From an uncultured Spirochaetales bacterium (lineage in GTDB: Bacteria; Myxococcota_A; UBA9160; PR03): a stretch of DNA of 57,853 bases. Position numbers and translations under genes: made by a program. The stretch is taken from contig CAYGWM010000017.1 in NCBI GenBank assembly GCA_964353555.1, positions 1-57,853 on the forward strand, read 5' to 3'. Positions 35,714 through 46,495 of this stretch are shown piece by piece. Under the pieces are notes generated by a model. That model was given only the letters and a program-made list of their open reading frames with translations. It searched no databases and was not told the origin of the DNA. The stretch's first letter is position 1, and each line of letters opens with the position of its first letter.

Positions 35714-37126
35714 ATGGCTTCGAGTCCCCCGGCACCGCGCACGCTCGGTGACCTGCGCAAGGCCGGGATCCGCACGCGACCGCTGCGCGAAGAACTGCGC
35801 ACCAACCTGCTCGCACGAATCCGCGCCGGTCGCCCGCTCTTCAACGGCATTCTCGGCTACGACGACACCGTGGTGCCCGCCGTCGAGAATGCGCTGCTCT
35901 GCGGTCACGATCTGATCTTCCTCGGCGAACGCGGCCAGGCGAAGACGCGGATGATCCGCCAACTGACCGCGCTGCTCGACGAGTGGCTGCCGATCATCGC
36001 GGGCTCGGAGATCCACGACGACCCGTTCGCGCCGGTTTCCGCGTACGCCCGCCAGCTCGCGGTGGAGCAGGGCGACGAGACTCCGATTGCCTGGGTACAC
36101 CGCGACGATCGCTACGTCGAGAAGCTCGCCACGCCCGATGTCTCGACCGCCGATCTGATCGGCGACGTCGATCCCGTGAGGGTGGCTGCCGGACGCTCGC
36201 TCGGCGACGAACTCACCATCCACTTCGGGCTGCTGCCGCGCGCCAACCGCGGGATCTTCTGCATCAACGAGTTGCCCGATCTCACGGAGAAGGTGCAGGT
36301 CGGCCTGTTCAACGTGATGCAGGAGCGCGACGTGCAGGTGAAGGGCTACCGCGTGCGGCTGCCGCTCGACGTGCTGATCGTCGCGAGCGCGAACCCGGAG
36401 GACTACACCAGTCGCGGTCGGATCATCACGCCGCTGAAGGATCGCTACGCCGCACAGGTTCGTACCCACTATCCGCCGACGCGCGAACTGGAACTCGCCG
36501 TCGTGCTGCAGGAGGCGAAGCTGCCGCAGCTGGACGGCGTCGCAGTGCACGTGCCACACTTCGTGCAGCAGCTCGTCGCGGAACTGACGCTGCAGGCGCG
36601 AAAGAGCGCCGACGTGAACCAGAGTTCGGGCGTCTCGGTGCGGATGTCGATCGCCAACTACGAGACGCTGGCCGCGAACGCGGTGCGCCGCGCGCTGCGA
36701 CTCGGGGAACCCGAAGCGGTGCCGCGCATCTCGGATCTGGCGGCGCTCGGCGTATCGACCGCGGGCAAGCTCGAACTCGAGTACGCCGGCCAGGAGCGCA
36801 CGCCGGCGGAAGTCATCGGCGATCTGGTGAAGCGCGCGACGCGGCAGGTATTCGACGAACTCGTTCCGCTCGAGGGAATCGGCAGTGTGGTGCAAGCCTT
36901 CGAGCAGGGTTGGAAGGTCGAGGTCTCGGCGGCGATGCCGTCGGCCGAGTATCAGCAGGGTCTCGACGGGATTGCCGGTTTGCGTGACGCCGCCGCGCAG
37001 CTCGCCGGCGGCGACTCGCCGCCGCGCCTCGCGTCGGCGATCGAGTTCGTGCTCGAAGGCCTGCATCTCGCCAACCGCCTCAATAAGACCGAGGACGACG
37101 GTCGCGTCCGCTATGCGCGGCGCTGA
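35714..37126 (+). CDS. AAA+ ATPase, Mg-chelatase/MoxR-related
   Basis: GERGQAKT variant Walker A, KLATPD, FGLLPRANRGIFCINELPDL, SANPEDY..RG.IITPL.DR. Confidence 0.88.
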   Translation: MASSPPAPRTLGDLRKAGIRTRPLREELRTNLLARIRAGRPLFNGILGYDDTVVPAVENALLCGHDLIFLGERGQAKTRMIRQLTALLDEWLPIIAGSEIHDDPFAPVSAYARQLAVEQGDETPIAWVHRDDRYVEKLATPDVSTADLIGDVDPVRVAAGRSLGDELTIHFGLLPRANRGIFCINELPDLTEKVQVGLFNVMQERDVQVKGYRVRLPLDVLIVASANPEDYTSRGRIITPLKDRYAAQVRTHYPPTRELELAVVLQEAKLPQLDGVAVHVPHFVQQLVAELTLQARKSADVNQSSGVSVRMSIANYETLAANAVRRALRLGEPEAVPRISDLAALGVSTAGKLELEYAGQERTPAEVIGDLVKRATRQVFDELVPLEGIGSVVQAFEQGWKVEVSAAMPSAEYQQGLDGIAGLRDAAAQLAGGDSPPRLASAIEFVLEGLHLANRLNKTEDDGRVRYARR

Positions 37127-37129
37127 TCG

Positions 37130-38737
37130 ATGAAGGTCTGGCGCTACAGCCGCTGGGATGGATCGCAGCAGCAGTTCTCGCTCGATCCCGATGCAGCGCT
37201 GGGCGCGCTCTCCGACCTGATGATGGAAGGCCTCAGCGCCGAGGAGGCGCTCGCGTGGATGGAGCGCGCCGGTTTCGATCTGGCCGGTCAGGACATGCGC
37301 GTGATGGGCATCGACGAAGTGCTCGATGAGCTGCGCGCCGAGCTGCAGAACCTCGAGCGGCGCTATCGGATGGACGAGGCCACCGCCGACCTGCGCCGAC
37401 GCCTCGATGAAATCCTCGACCGCGAGGAACGCGCCCAGCGCACGCAGCACGGCTACGAATCGCAGCGGATGAACGAGTTCCTCGATCGTCGCCATTCGCC
37501 GTCGGCGAAGGTCTCCGACGCGATCGAGCGCTTCCGCGATTGGGAGTTCGCCGACGCGGAAGCGGGCGAACAGTTTCGTGAATTGCTCGATGAGCTCGGA
37601 CGCACGCGCAAGCTCGAGGAGTTTCTCGCGAAGCGCGGCGATCGCTTCCGCGGTCAGCAAGCCGCCGACTACGAGACCGCGCAGCAGATTCGCGAGCGCA
37701 TCGAAGCGCTGGAGCAACTCGCGCGCGATCTCGCCAACGGCAATTTTCAGACGATCGATCCCGAGCAGTTGCGCGAGTTGCTGGCGGAGAACGCGCTGCG
37801 ATCGCTGCTGCTGCTGCGCGATCTGCGCGCATCGCTAGATCGTGCCGGCTACCTGCGCGGCGGCGACGACGTGAAGCTTTCCGCGCGGGCGATCCGCCGC
37901 ATCGGCGCACAGGCGCTCGCGACCGTCTACGGCGCGCTGCGCAAGGGTCGGCCCGGTGGCCACGACACGGTGCGCACGGGTGTCGCCATCCCGCGTCCCG
38001 ATGAAACGCGTCCGTGGCAATTTGGCGACGCTTTCAACGTGGACGTCGTGAAGTCGCTGCTGAACGCGGTCAACAGGAACGGAACGAGCACGCCGATCGC
38101 GTGGTCTCCGGAAGATCTGGAAGTCTGCGAGATGGACTACCAGACGAACTGCACCACGGTGTTGTTGCTCGACATGAGCTGGTCGATGTGCTGGGCCGGA
38201 CGCTTCCCGGCGGCGAAGCGGGTGGCGATCGCGCTCGATCACCTGATTCGCACGCGCTACCCGCGCGATCATTTTTTCGTGGTCGGCTTCTCGACACGCG
38301 CCCGCGAGATCCGCGTGCACGACCTGCCCGAAGCCAGCTGGAACGCGGGCGAGCCGTTCACGAACTTGCAGGAAGGCCTGATGCTCGCCGAGCGACTGAT
38401 CGCGCGGAACCCGAGCCCGAGCGCGCAGGTGCTGGTCATCACCGACGGTCAGCCCACCGCGTACTTTCAGGGCCGCGAACTCCACGTCGAATGGCCGTCG
38501 GGCTTCGGCGGCGTCTCGCCCCACGCGGTCGCCGAGACACTGAAGCAGGTGCGCCGCATCACGAGTCGCGGGGTCACGATCAATACCTTCATGCTCGACG
38601 CTTCGCCGCAACTGGTCTCGTTCGTCGAGTCGATGACGCGGATCAACAAGGGGCGGGCGCTCTACACGCAACCGTCGCGGCTCGGCTCCTACGTGATGGT
38701 CGACTACTTGTCGCGACGCCGGACGCTGCGGCGCTGA
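37130..38737 (+). CDS. vWA domain-containing protein
   Basis: LLLDMSWSM (MIDAS DxSxS), TNLQEGL, VITDGQPTA; N-terminal RYSRWDGSQ; directly follows the AAA+ gene. Confidence 0.88.
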   Translation: MKVWRYSRWDGSQQQFSLDPDAALGALSDLMMEGLSAEEALAWMERAGFDLAGQDMRVMGIDEVLDELRAELQNLERRYRMDEATADLRRRLDEILDREERAQRTQHGYESQRMNEFLDRRHSPSAKVSDAIERFRDWEFADAEAGEQFRELLDELGRTRKLEEFLAKRGDRFRGQQAADYETAQQIRERIEALEQLARDLANGNFQTIDPEQLRELLAENALRSLLLLRDLRASLDRAGYLRGGDDVKLSARAIRRIGAQALATVYGALRKGRPGGHDTVRTGVAIPRPDETRPWQFGDAFNVDVVKSLLNAVNRNGTSTPIAWSPEDLEVCEMDYQTNCTTVLLLDMSWSMCWAGRFPAAKRVAIALDHLIRTRYPRDHFFVVGFSTRAREIRVHDLPEASWNAGEPFTNLQEGLMLAERLIARNPSPSAQVLVITDGQPTAYFQGRELHVEWPSGFGGVSPHAVAETLKQVRRITSRGVTINTFMLDASPQLVSFVESMTRINKGRALYTQPSRLGSYVMVDYLSRRRTLRR

Positions 38738-40362
38738 TGGCGCTCATTCCCGGAGTCGTGCGCCGCGCCAGCGGCAACGCCGCGCGCGCGGCGCGTCTGT
38801 TGGCGGCGCGCGCGGTGCTGGGTCGCCGCGCTCCATTCTGGTTGCTCGTGCGTCTCGCACCGCCGTTCGAAGAAACGCGCACCGCGCGGCTGCCGTTCTC
38901 GCGCGGCCGATCGCCGAGTCTGCTCGAAACACTGCGCGCGCTCGATGCCGCGGTGAGCGACCGGCGCGTCGGTGGCGTGCTGCTGCGCTGCGCCGGCGCG
39001 CCGCATGGCTACGCCGCCGCCGCTTCGCTGCGTCGCGCGGTCGCTGCGGTGCGCGCGGCCGGCAAGCCCGTCGCCGCCTACGGCGAGAGCATGCACCAGG
39101 CGGAGTACTGGGTGGCGAGCGGCGCTGACAAGCTGTGGCTGCCGGAAACGGGATCGATCCATCTGGTCGGGCTGCGCAGCGAATCGATGTTCTTTGCGCG
39201 ACTGCTCGCACGGCTCGAGTTGAAGCCCGATGTCGTGCGGGTCGGCTCGCACAAGGCGGCCGCTGAGAGTTTCACGCGCGAGTCGATGTCGCCGGAGAGT
39301 CGCGAGCAGATCGAGGCGTACCTCGACGACGTGTTCGGTGAACTGGTCGCTGCGATCGCAACGGGCCGTCGTCTCGATGCGGCCGTCGTGCGCGAGCGCA
39401 TCGACGCCGGCCCGTACCGCGCCGAAACCGCGTGCGAAGCGGGCCTGGCCGATGGCTGCCTGTATCCGGATCAAGTCGAGGAAGCGCTGGCCGACCTGTT
39501 GCCCGCGAGCGGCGAGGCGCCTACGTCGGGTGCGGCGCCGCGCGCGCGTCTGATCGACGCGGAGACCTACGCTGCAATCCACGCCGACGACCCGGGCTGG
39601 TCGCCGCTCTTTCGCGCGCGTCCCCGCATTGCGTATCTCGTTGCGAGCGGCGCGATCCAGCGGCGCACCGGCATGGCAGGGATCTCGGCCGAAGCGCTCT
39701 CGCGCACGCTGCGCGCGCTCGGTGAGGACGACGATGTCCGCGCGATCGTGCTGCGCATCGAGAGTCCCGGCGGCGACGCGCTCGCCTCCGACATCCTGTG
39801 GCGTGCGGCGAGCGTCGCGAAGCGCGAGAAACCGCTGGTGGTGTCGATGGGAGAGGTGGCGGCATCGGGTGGCTACTTCGCCGCGGTGGCTGGCGACGCG
39901 ATCTTCGCCGAGGCGCCGACGCTGACCGGTTCGATCGGCGTGGTCGGTGGCAAGCTCGACGCCGGCGCATTGCTCGAAAAGCTCGGCGTCGATCACGACG
40001 CGGTCGAGCGCGGTCGCCGTGCGGGTCTGCTGACGCCGCTGCGCGGCTTCACGCCCGAGGAGCGGAGTCTCGTGCGCCGCGACATGGAGGCGGTGTACGA
40101 CGTATTCCTGCGCCGCGTCGAGGCCGGTCGCAAGCTCACCCGTGCAGACCTCGCGGGCATCGCGCAGGGTCGGATCTGGAGCGGCCTGCGTGCGCTCGCG
40201 CTCGGTCTGATCGACGCGCACGGCGGACCGCTCGAAGCGATCCGCGAGGCGCGTTCGCGCGCCGGCCTTGCTGCCGAGGATGCGGTTGCGCTCGATGTGC
40301 AACCGAGCCATGCGCCGCTCGACCTGGTGCGGGGCCTGCTGGGGATCGAAACGGGCCTGTGA
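38737..40362 (+). CDS. sppA: Signal peptide peptidase SppA (long form)
   Basis: GSHKAAAE, LRIESPGG, VSMGEVAASGGY, TLTGSIGV, AQGRIWSG..A..LGLID..G. Confidence 0.9.
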   Translation: MALIPGVVRRASGNAARAARLLAARAVLGRRAPFWLLVRLAPPFEETRTARLPFSRGRSPSLLETLRALDAAVSDRRVGGVLLRCAGAPHGYAAAASLRRAVAAVRAAGKPVAAYGESMHQAEYWVASGADKLWLPETGSIHLVGLRSESMFFARLLARLELKPDVVRVGSHKAAAESFTRESMSPESREQIEAYLDDVFGELVAAIATGRRLDAAVVRERIDAGPYRAETACEAGLADGCLYPDQVEEALADLLPASGEAPTSGAAPRARLIDAETYAAIHADDPGWSPLFRARPRIAYLVASGAIQRRTGMAGISAEALSRTLRALGEDDDVRAIVLRIESPGGDALASDILWRAASVAKREKPLVVSMGEVAASGGYFAAVAGDAIFAEAPTLTGSIGVVGGKLDAGALLEKLGVDHDAVERGRRAGLLTPLRGFTPEERSLVRRDMEAVYDVFLRRVEAGRKLTRADLAGIAQGRIWSGLRALALGLIDAHGGPLEAIREARSRAGLAAEDAVALDVQPSHAPLDLVRGLLGIETGL

Positions 40363-40416
40363 GCGTCGCTTTGCATCGGCGTCGCGGCTTCGGGAGCTGA
40401 CTCCTAGACTGCGCGG

Positions 40417-41061
40417 ATGCCGCGGCGCCTGAAGCTCGATATTCCCGGTCCCGACCGCCGCGTGACGCCCGGTGACGTGCTCGCGAAGGGCTGGACCCCA
40501 CTTTTCGCTCCCGATCTCGCCGCACCGCTCCGCATGGTGCTCGAGATCGGCTTCGGCCGCGGTGAGTTCCTGATCGATCTCGCGCAGCGGGCGCCGGCGG
40601 TCGCGCACGTCGGTGTCGAGATCTCGCGCAAGCGCGTGCTGAAGCAGGCGCGGCGCCTCGCGAAGAGCGAGATCGCGAACGTGCGACTCGTGCACTGCAC
40701 CGGCGAGCAGGCGCTGGCCGATCTCGTAGGTCCGGCGTCGCTCGAAGCGGTGTGGATCAACTTCTCGGATCCGTGGCCGAAGAAGCGCCACCATCGCCGC
40801 CGGCTGGTACAGGCGCCGCTGGTCGCGGCGGTCGCGAACCGGCTGAAGCGCGGAGGCATGCTGCACGTGGCGACCGACGACGTCCCGTACGCCGAGCACA
40901 TCGACGCGGTGCTGGCGGCCGAGTCGCAACTCGAGAATGCCTTCGCACCCGCGCGGTGGCTCGCCGACGTGCCCGGCCGCATGCCGACTGGCTATGAACT
41001 CGAGTGGCGCGCCGAAGGTCGCCCGCTGCACTTCTTCGCGTATCAAAGGATCTCGGGCTGA
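40417..41061 (+). CDS. trmB: tRNA (guanine-N7)-methyltransferase
   Basis: LEIGFGRGEF, GVEI, INFSDPWPKKRHHRRRL, ATD. Confidence 0.95.
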   Translation: MPRRLKLDIPGPDRRVTPGDVLAKGWTPLFAPDLAAPLRMVLEIGFGRGEFLIDLAQRAPAVAHVGVEISRKRVLKQARRLAKSEIANVRLVHCTGEQALADLVGPASLEAVWINFSDPWPKKRHHRRRLVQAPLVAAVANRLKRGGMLHVATDDVPYAEHIDAVLAAESQLENAFAPARWLADVPGRMPTGYELEWRAEGRPLHFFAYQRISG

Positions 41062-41062
41062 G

Positions 41063-42238
41063 ATGCGCGAAGCGCAGCTGCACCTGCAGGATCACTCGAT
41101 CGAGTCGCTGCGTGCGTGCTTCGCAGCGCAAGGGATCGAGCCGTGGCGCGCGGAGCAGGTTGCGGGCTGGCTCTACGGTCGCGGGATTGCCGACCCGTCG
41201 CAGTGGACCGATCTCCCCGCATCGCTGCGCGACCGCTTCATCGCAGACTGGCAATGGCACGCGCTCGAGTGGGACGGGGTTCAGCGCTCCCGCGATGGCA
41301 CCGTGAAGGGTCGCCTGCGCGCGCGCGACGGCGCGCTGGTCGAATCGGTGCTGATTCCCGAGGCCGACCGCACGACGCTCTGCATCTCCACCCAGGTGGG
41401 ATGTCCGCTCGCGTGTTCGTTCTGCGCGACTGGCGTACTCGGTTTCACGCGCAACCTCACGGTTGCCGAGATCGTCGACCAGGTGTGTCGGATGCGGGAG
41501 CAGCTCGCCCCGGGTCAGCGCCTCACCAACGTCGTGTACATGGGAATGGGCGAGCCGCTGCTGAACCTGCCCGCGGTGCTCGAATCGGCGCGCCTGCTGC
41601 TGCATCCGAAGGCCTTCGCGCTCGGCCCGCGCAAGGTGACGGTGTCGACGGCGGGCGTCGTGCCGAAGATCCCGACGCTGCTGGCGAGCGTGCCGGTGAA
41701 TCTCGCTGTTTCGCTGCACGCTGCGACCGACGCGGTGCGCGACGAACTCGTCCCGCTGAATCGCCGCTTCCCGCTCGCGATGCTGATGGAGGCGCTACGC
41801 AGTCTCGAAACGGTGACGCCGCGCCGTCCGGTTTTTTTCGAGTACACGCTGATCGAGGGCGTGAACGATTCGCCCGAAGACGCGCGCGCCGTCGCGCGTC
41901 TGGTGCGCGGCTTGCCCTCGAAGCTCAACGTGATTCCGATGAACGCGCACGAGGATTCGCGGTACCGGCCGCCGTCCGACGCGGTGCTGACGCGTTTTGC
42001 CGGCGATCTGGTGCGCCTCGGCCTCACCGTCACCGTGCGCCGGCCGCGCGGTGCGGACATCGACGCCGCCTGCGGGCAGCTCGCCGCAAGGCGGGCCGCA
42101 GGCCCGCCGCGCAGCGAGCCGGAGGCGAGCGAAGTCGTCACCGGGAGGCGGGCCGCAGGCCCGCCGCGCAGCGAGCCGGAGGCGAGCGAAGTTCATCTGG
42201 CCGAGGGCGCGCTCACGCCGGCGGCGCTGCTGCCCTGA
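41063..42238 (+). CDS. rlmN: 23S rRNA m2A2503/tRNA m2A37 methyltransferase RlmN (radical SAM)
   Basis: CISTQVGCPLACSFCATG, NVVYMGMGEP, VSTAG, SLHA, EYTLIEGVND, DIDAACGQL; C-terminal tail derived from repeats. Confidence 0.96.
   Translation: MREAQLHLQDHSIESLRACFAAQGIEPWRAEQVAGWLYGRGIADPSQWTDLPASLRDRFIADWQWHALEWDGVQRSRDGTVKGRLRARDGALVESVLIPEADRTTLCISTQVGCPLACSFCATGVLGFTRNLTVAEIVDQVCRMREQLAPGQRLTNVVYMGMGEPLLNLPAVLESARLLLHPKAFALGPRKVTVSTAGVVPKIPTLLASVPVNLAVSLHAATDAVRDELVPLNRRFPLAMLMEALRSLETVTPRRPVFFEYTLIEGVNDSPEDARAVARLVRGLPSKLNVIPMNAHEDSRYRPPSDAVLTRFAGDLVRLGLTVTVRRPRGADIDAACGQLAARRAAGPPRSEPEASEVVTGRRAAGPPRSEPEASEVHLAEGALTPAALLP
42089..42192. repeat. Two 47-bp direct repeats (period 57) in the rlmN 3' end: GC hairpin + REP core
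   Basis: AGGCGGGCCGCAGGCCCGCCGCGCAGCGAGCCGGAGGCGAGCGAAGT at 42089 and 42146; encodes RRAAGPPRSEPEASEV twice. Confidence 0.93.
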
Positions 42239-42915
42239 TGCTCTACGCGGTCGGTGACATCCACGGGCGTCTCGACAAACTCGAAGCGCTGCTGACGATG
42301 CTCCCGCTGGAGCCGGGCGACCGGCTGGTCTTTCTCGGTGACTACGTCGACCGCGGTCCCGCTTCGCGCGGCGTCGTCGAGCGGCTCCTCGAAGTAGCCG
42401 ACGCCTATCCGTGTGCGTTCTTGCTCGGCAACCACGAGTCGATGTTCCTCGACTACCTCGGCTGGGAAGGGCTGGCCTATTTCGGGGCCGACGTGTTCCT
42501 GCCGAACGGCGGCGCCGAGACGCTCGCTTCCTACGGCTGGCACGAAGCGCGCCCGCCGCGTCCCGGCGAGTTCAGGCTGCCACCGAAGCACGCAGCGTTC
42601 TTCCGCTCGCTGCGGCTGCACCATGCCGAGGGCGCCTACGTGTTCGTCCACGCGGGGCTCGGTCGCACGCTCACGCGCACCAGCGATCCAGGCTGGGCGC
42701 TCACACACGCACGCGTCGAGGAACTGCTCTGGGATCGCGCGACCGCCGACTCGCAACACGAACTCGGCGTGACGATCGTCTACGGCCACACGCCGCGCCC
42801 CGATTTCCAGGTGCGCTGGAACCTGCCGCACAGCATCGGCATCGACACCGGAGCGGTCTACGGCGGACCGCTGACGGCGATCCGGCTCCCCGACGAGACG
42901 ATCTTCCAGGTCTGA
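42238..42915 (+). CDS. Calcineurin-like metallophosphoesterase (PphA/ApaH-type)
   Basis: GDIHG, GDYVDRG, GNHE, FVHAG, YGHTP, IDTGAVYGG.LTA. Confidence 0.93.
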   Translation: MLYAVGDIHGRLDKLEALLTMLPLEPGDRLVFLGDYVDRGPASRGVVERLLEVADAYPCAFLLGNHESMFLDYLGWEGLAYFGADVFLPNGGAETLASYGWHEARPPRPGEFRLPPKHAAFFRSLRLHHAEGAYVFVHAGLGRTLTRTSDPGWALTHARVEELLWDRATADSQHELGVTIVYGHTPRPDFQVRWNLPHSIGIDTGAVYGGPLTAIRLPDETIFQV

Positions 42916-42935
42916 TGGGCTGGTCGCGCTCGCGA

Positions 42936-44558
42936 TCAGTCGGGAATCCGAAGTCGTTGGCCAGCGCGTACGCGGTGCGTCGCGGAGATCCCGTTGGCAG
43001 CGGCGAGTTGCTTGACCGAGATGCCGCTGCTGCGCGCGATCGCGGTGAGCGTCTCTCCCTGCTTCACGGTGTGGCTGCGCACGACCGGTTTTGCCTTCGC
43101 AACCCTCGTCGTCTTCGTCGTTTTGGGGGCCGGCTGCGCCTTGGCGGCGCCCGCCGTCGTGGTCGCGGCCTTCGCGGTGGCCTTCATCGGCGCGCGATCC
43201 GCAGCGGCGACTTGCCGATCCGCTTTCGCCGCGCCCGGAATCCGCAGCGTCTGGCCGACGCGCAGGTGGCTGTTCGTGCGCAGTCCGTTCGCCTTCGCGA
43301 GAGTGCTCGCCGAGACGCTGTACTTTCTTGCGACCTTCGTGATCGTGTCGCCGCGGCGGACGCGATGGCTGCGCGCGGAACCTCTCGGGCTGATGTCGGG
43401 CTCGCTCACTTCCTCGCTGCGCGGAAGCGACGCTGCGAGTTGCTCGGCCGACGCACGTCCGGCGACTTTCGGAATCCGTACCGCATAGCCAGCCGGCACC
43501 GAGATGCGTCCGCTCCAGACACTGTCACGCAGGCCGAGGTTCAGTTCGCGCAGCAGGCCCACATCGACGCCGAAGGTGCGTGCGAGCGCGGTAGCCGAGG
43601 TGGGATGACGCGTGACGATGATCTCATTGTCCGCAGGCACTTCGCGCGAGATCGCACCGAAGTGACGGCCCGCGGCCTTCTCGACGTCGTGCGCGGCCAG
43701 GAACTCGGTGTAGAAATTGCGCGATGCGAAGCCGAAGCTGTCGCTCTGGTAGCGGTCGATGATCACCGAGATGTCTTTGGTGCCGAGCTGCTTCACCGCG
43801 CGCATCATGCCGCCGGCGCCGTGGTTGTAGGCGGTGACGGCGAGCGGCCACGCTCCGGTGATGCGGTAGTTCTCCCGCATCAGCGCGGCGGCGGCCTCGC
43901 TCGAACGCCACGGGTCGTAGCGCTCGTCCACCGCGCGATCGATGCGCAGGAAGCGCTTGCCGGTTCCCGGCATGAACTGCCACAGCCCCGCGGCTCCCAC
44001 CTTCGAGTACGCGGCTGGGTTGAAAGACGACTCGACGTGCGGCAGCGAGGCGAGTTCCTCCGGCAGGCCGGCGTCGCGGAACACGCGCCGAATATGGGGC
44101 TCCCATTGCCCGGCGCGGACCAGCCCGTCGCGGAATCGATCGGCGAGTCCGCGCTGAAAGCGCACGCGATCGACCGCAGCGCCGAGCGATGCACGCGACA
44201 CGCCCGGCGGGAACAGCGCGAGCACGCGCCGCTCTTCGGCACTGAGCGGTGTCTTGCCGCTCGCGAGTCGTTCGAGGATCGCCTGGTAGTGCTTCTTGGT
44301 GCGCGCGATGCGCGCCTCTTGTTCGCCGCCCGAGAGCGTCTTCGGCCAGCGAATCACTTCGTAGACGACGTCGAGTTCCTCGGCGTCGTGGATCAGGCCA
44401 CCGTTCGAGTCGACTTCGGAGTAGACGCGTGTCCACAGCCGAATGCGCGCATGAATGCCCGGCGGGCGCGGGAACTGCGCTTCCGACGCGGCGGCCGAGC
44501 CGGCCGCAACGGCGATCCCCGTAGCGACGGCAAGGGCAAACGCGACGGTGCTTCGCAT
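42936..44558 (-). CDS. MltD-like lytic transglycosylase with LysM domains
   Basis: Signal-peptide-like N-terminus; LPHVESSFNP.AYSKVGAAGLWQFM SLT motif; AYNHG.G; two LysM repeats (HRVRRGDTI, HTVKQGETL); start 44558 or 44561. Confidence 0.92.
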   Translation of the reverse strand: MRSTVAFALAVATGIAVAAGSAAASEAQFPRPPGIHARIRLWTRVYSEVDSNGGLIHDAEELDVVYEVIRWPKTLSGGEQEARIARTKKHYQAILERLASGKTPLSAEERRVLALFPPGVSRASLGAAVDRVRFQRGLADRFRDGLVRAGQWEPHIRRVFRDAGLPEELASLPHVESSFNPAAYSKVGAAGLWQFMPGTGKRFLRIDRAVDERYDPWRSSEAAAALMRENYRITGAWPLAVTAYNHGAGGMMRAVKQLGTKDISVIIDRYQSDSFGFASRNFYTEFLAAHDVEKAAGRHFGAISREVPADNEIIVTRHPTSATALARTFGVDVGLLRELNLGLRDSVWSGRISVPAGYAVRIPKVAGRASAEQLAASLPRSEEVSEPDISPRGSARSHRVRRGDTITKVARKYSVSASTLAKANGLRTNSHLRVGQTLRIPGAAKADRQVAAADRAPMKATAKAATTTAGAAKAQPAPKTTKTTRVAKAKPVVRSHTVKQGETLTAIARSSGISVKQLAAANGISATHRVRAGQRLRIPD

Positions 44559-44616
44559 CATCACCTCGGCATCGACGGACCAGGGATCGTTCCCTGGCGC
44601 ATGGCAACGGTTCGCA

Positions 44617-46149
<1,533 letters not shown>

Positions 46150-46244
46150 GGCCGCCTCCGAGAGGGCGCAGCATAAGGGATTGGCCGGTTGCTTTCCCGG
46201 GCGCGGCCGTGCTAGCTCCCGGCGACGACGCGAGCGGAGGGCAG

Positions 46245-46460
46245 ATGCCGACCCAGGTCGAGGCGCAGATCACCGGAAACGTGTGGAAGATCGTGAAGGC
46301 GGTCGGCGACTCGGTCGCCGAGGGTGAGGAACTGATCATCCTCGAGTCGATGAAGATGGAGATTCCCGTCGAGGCGCCGTGCGCCGGTCGCATCGCCGAG
46401 TTCCGCGTTCGCGAAGGCGAAAGCGTCGAAGAGGGCGCCGTTCTCGCGCTGATCGAGTAG
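46245..46460 (+). CDS. Stand-alone biotin carboxyl carrier (biotinyl/lipoyl domain) protein
   Basis: 71 aa; GNVWKIV..VGD.V..GEELIILESMKMEIPV.AP..G; GGAGG RBS. Confidence 0.92.
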   Translation: MPTQVEAQITGNVWKIVKAVGDSVAEGEELIILESMKMEIPVEAPCAGRIAEFRVREGESVEEGAVLALIE

Positions 46461-46495
46461 CCCAAGCGAAGTTGCTTCGGATCGGAGATGTCGCG

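Noticed and set aside
35678-41046. Long minus-strand ORFs (35678-37717, 38704-41046)
   Set aside because: Antisense shadows of the AAA+/vWA/sppA/trmB genes
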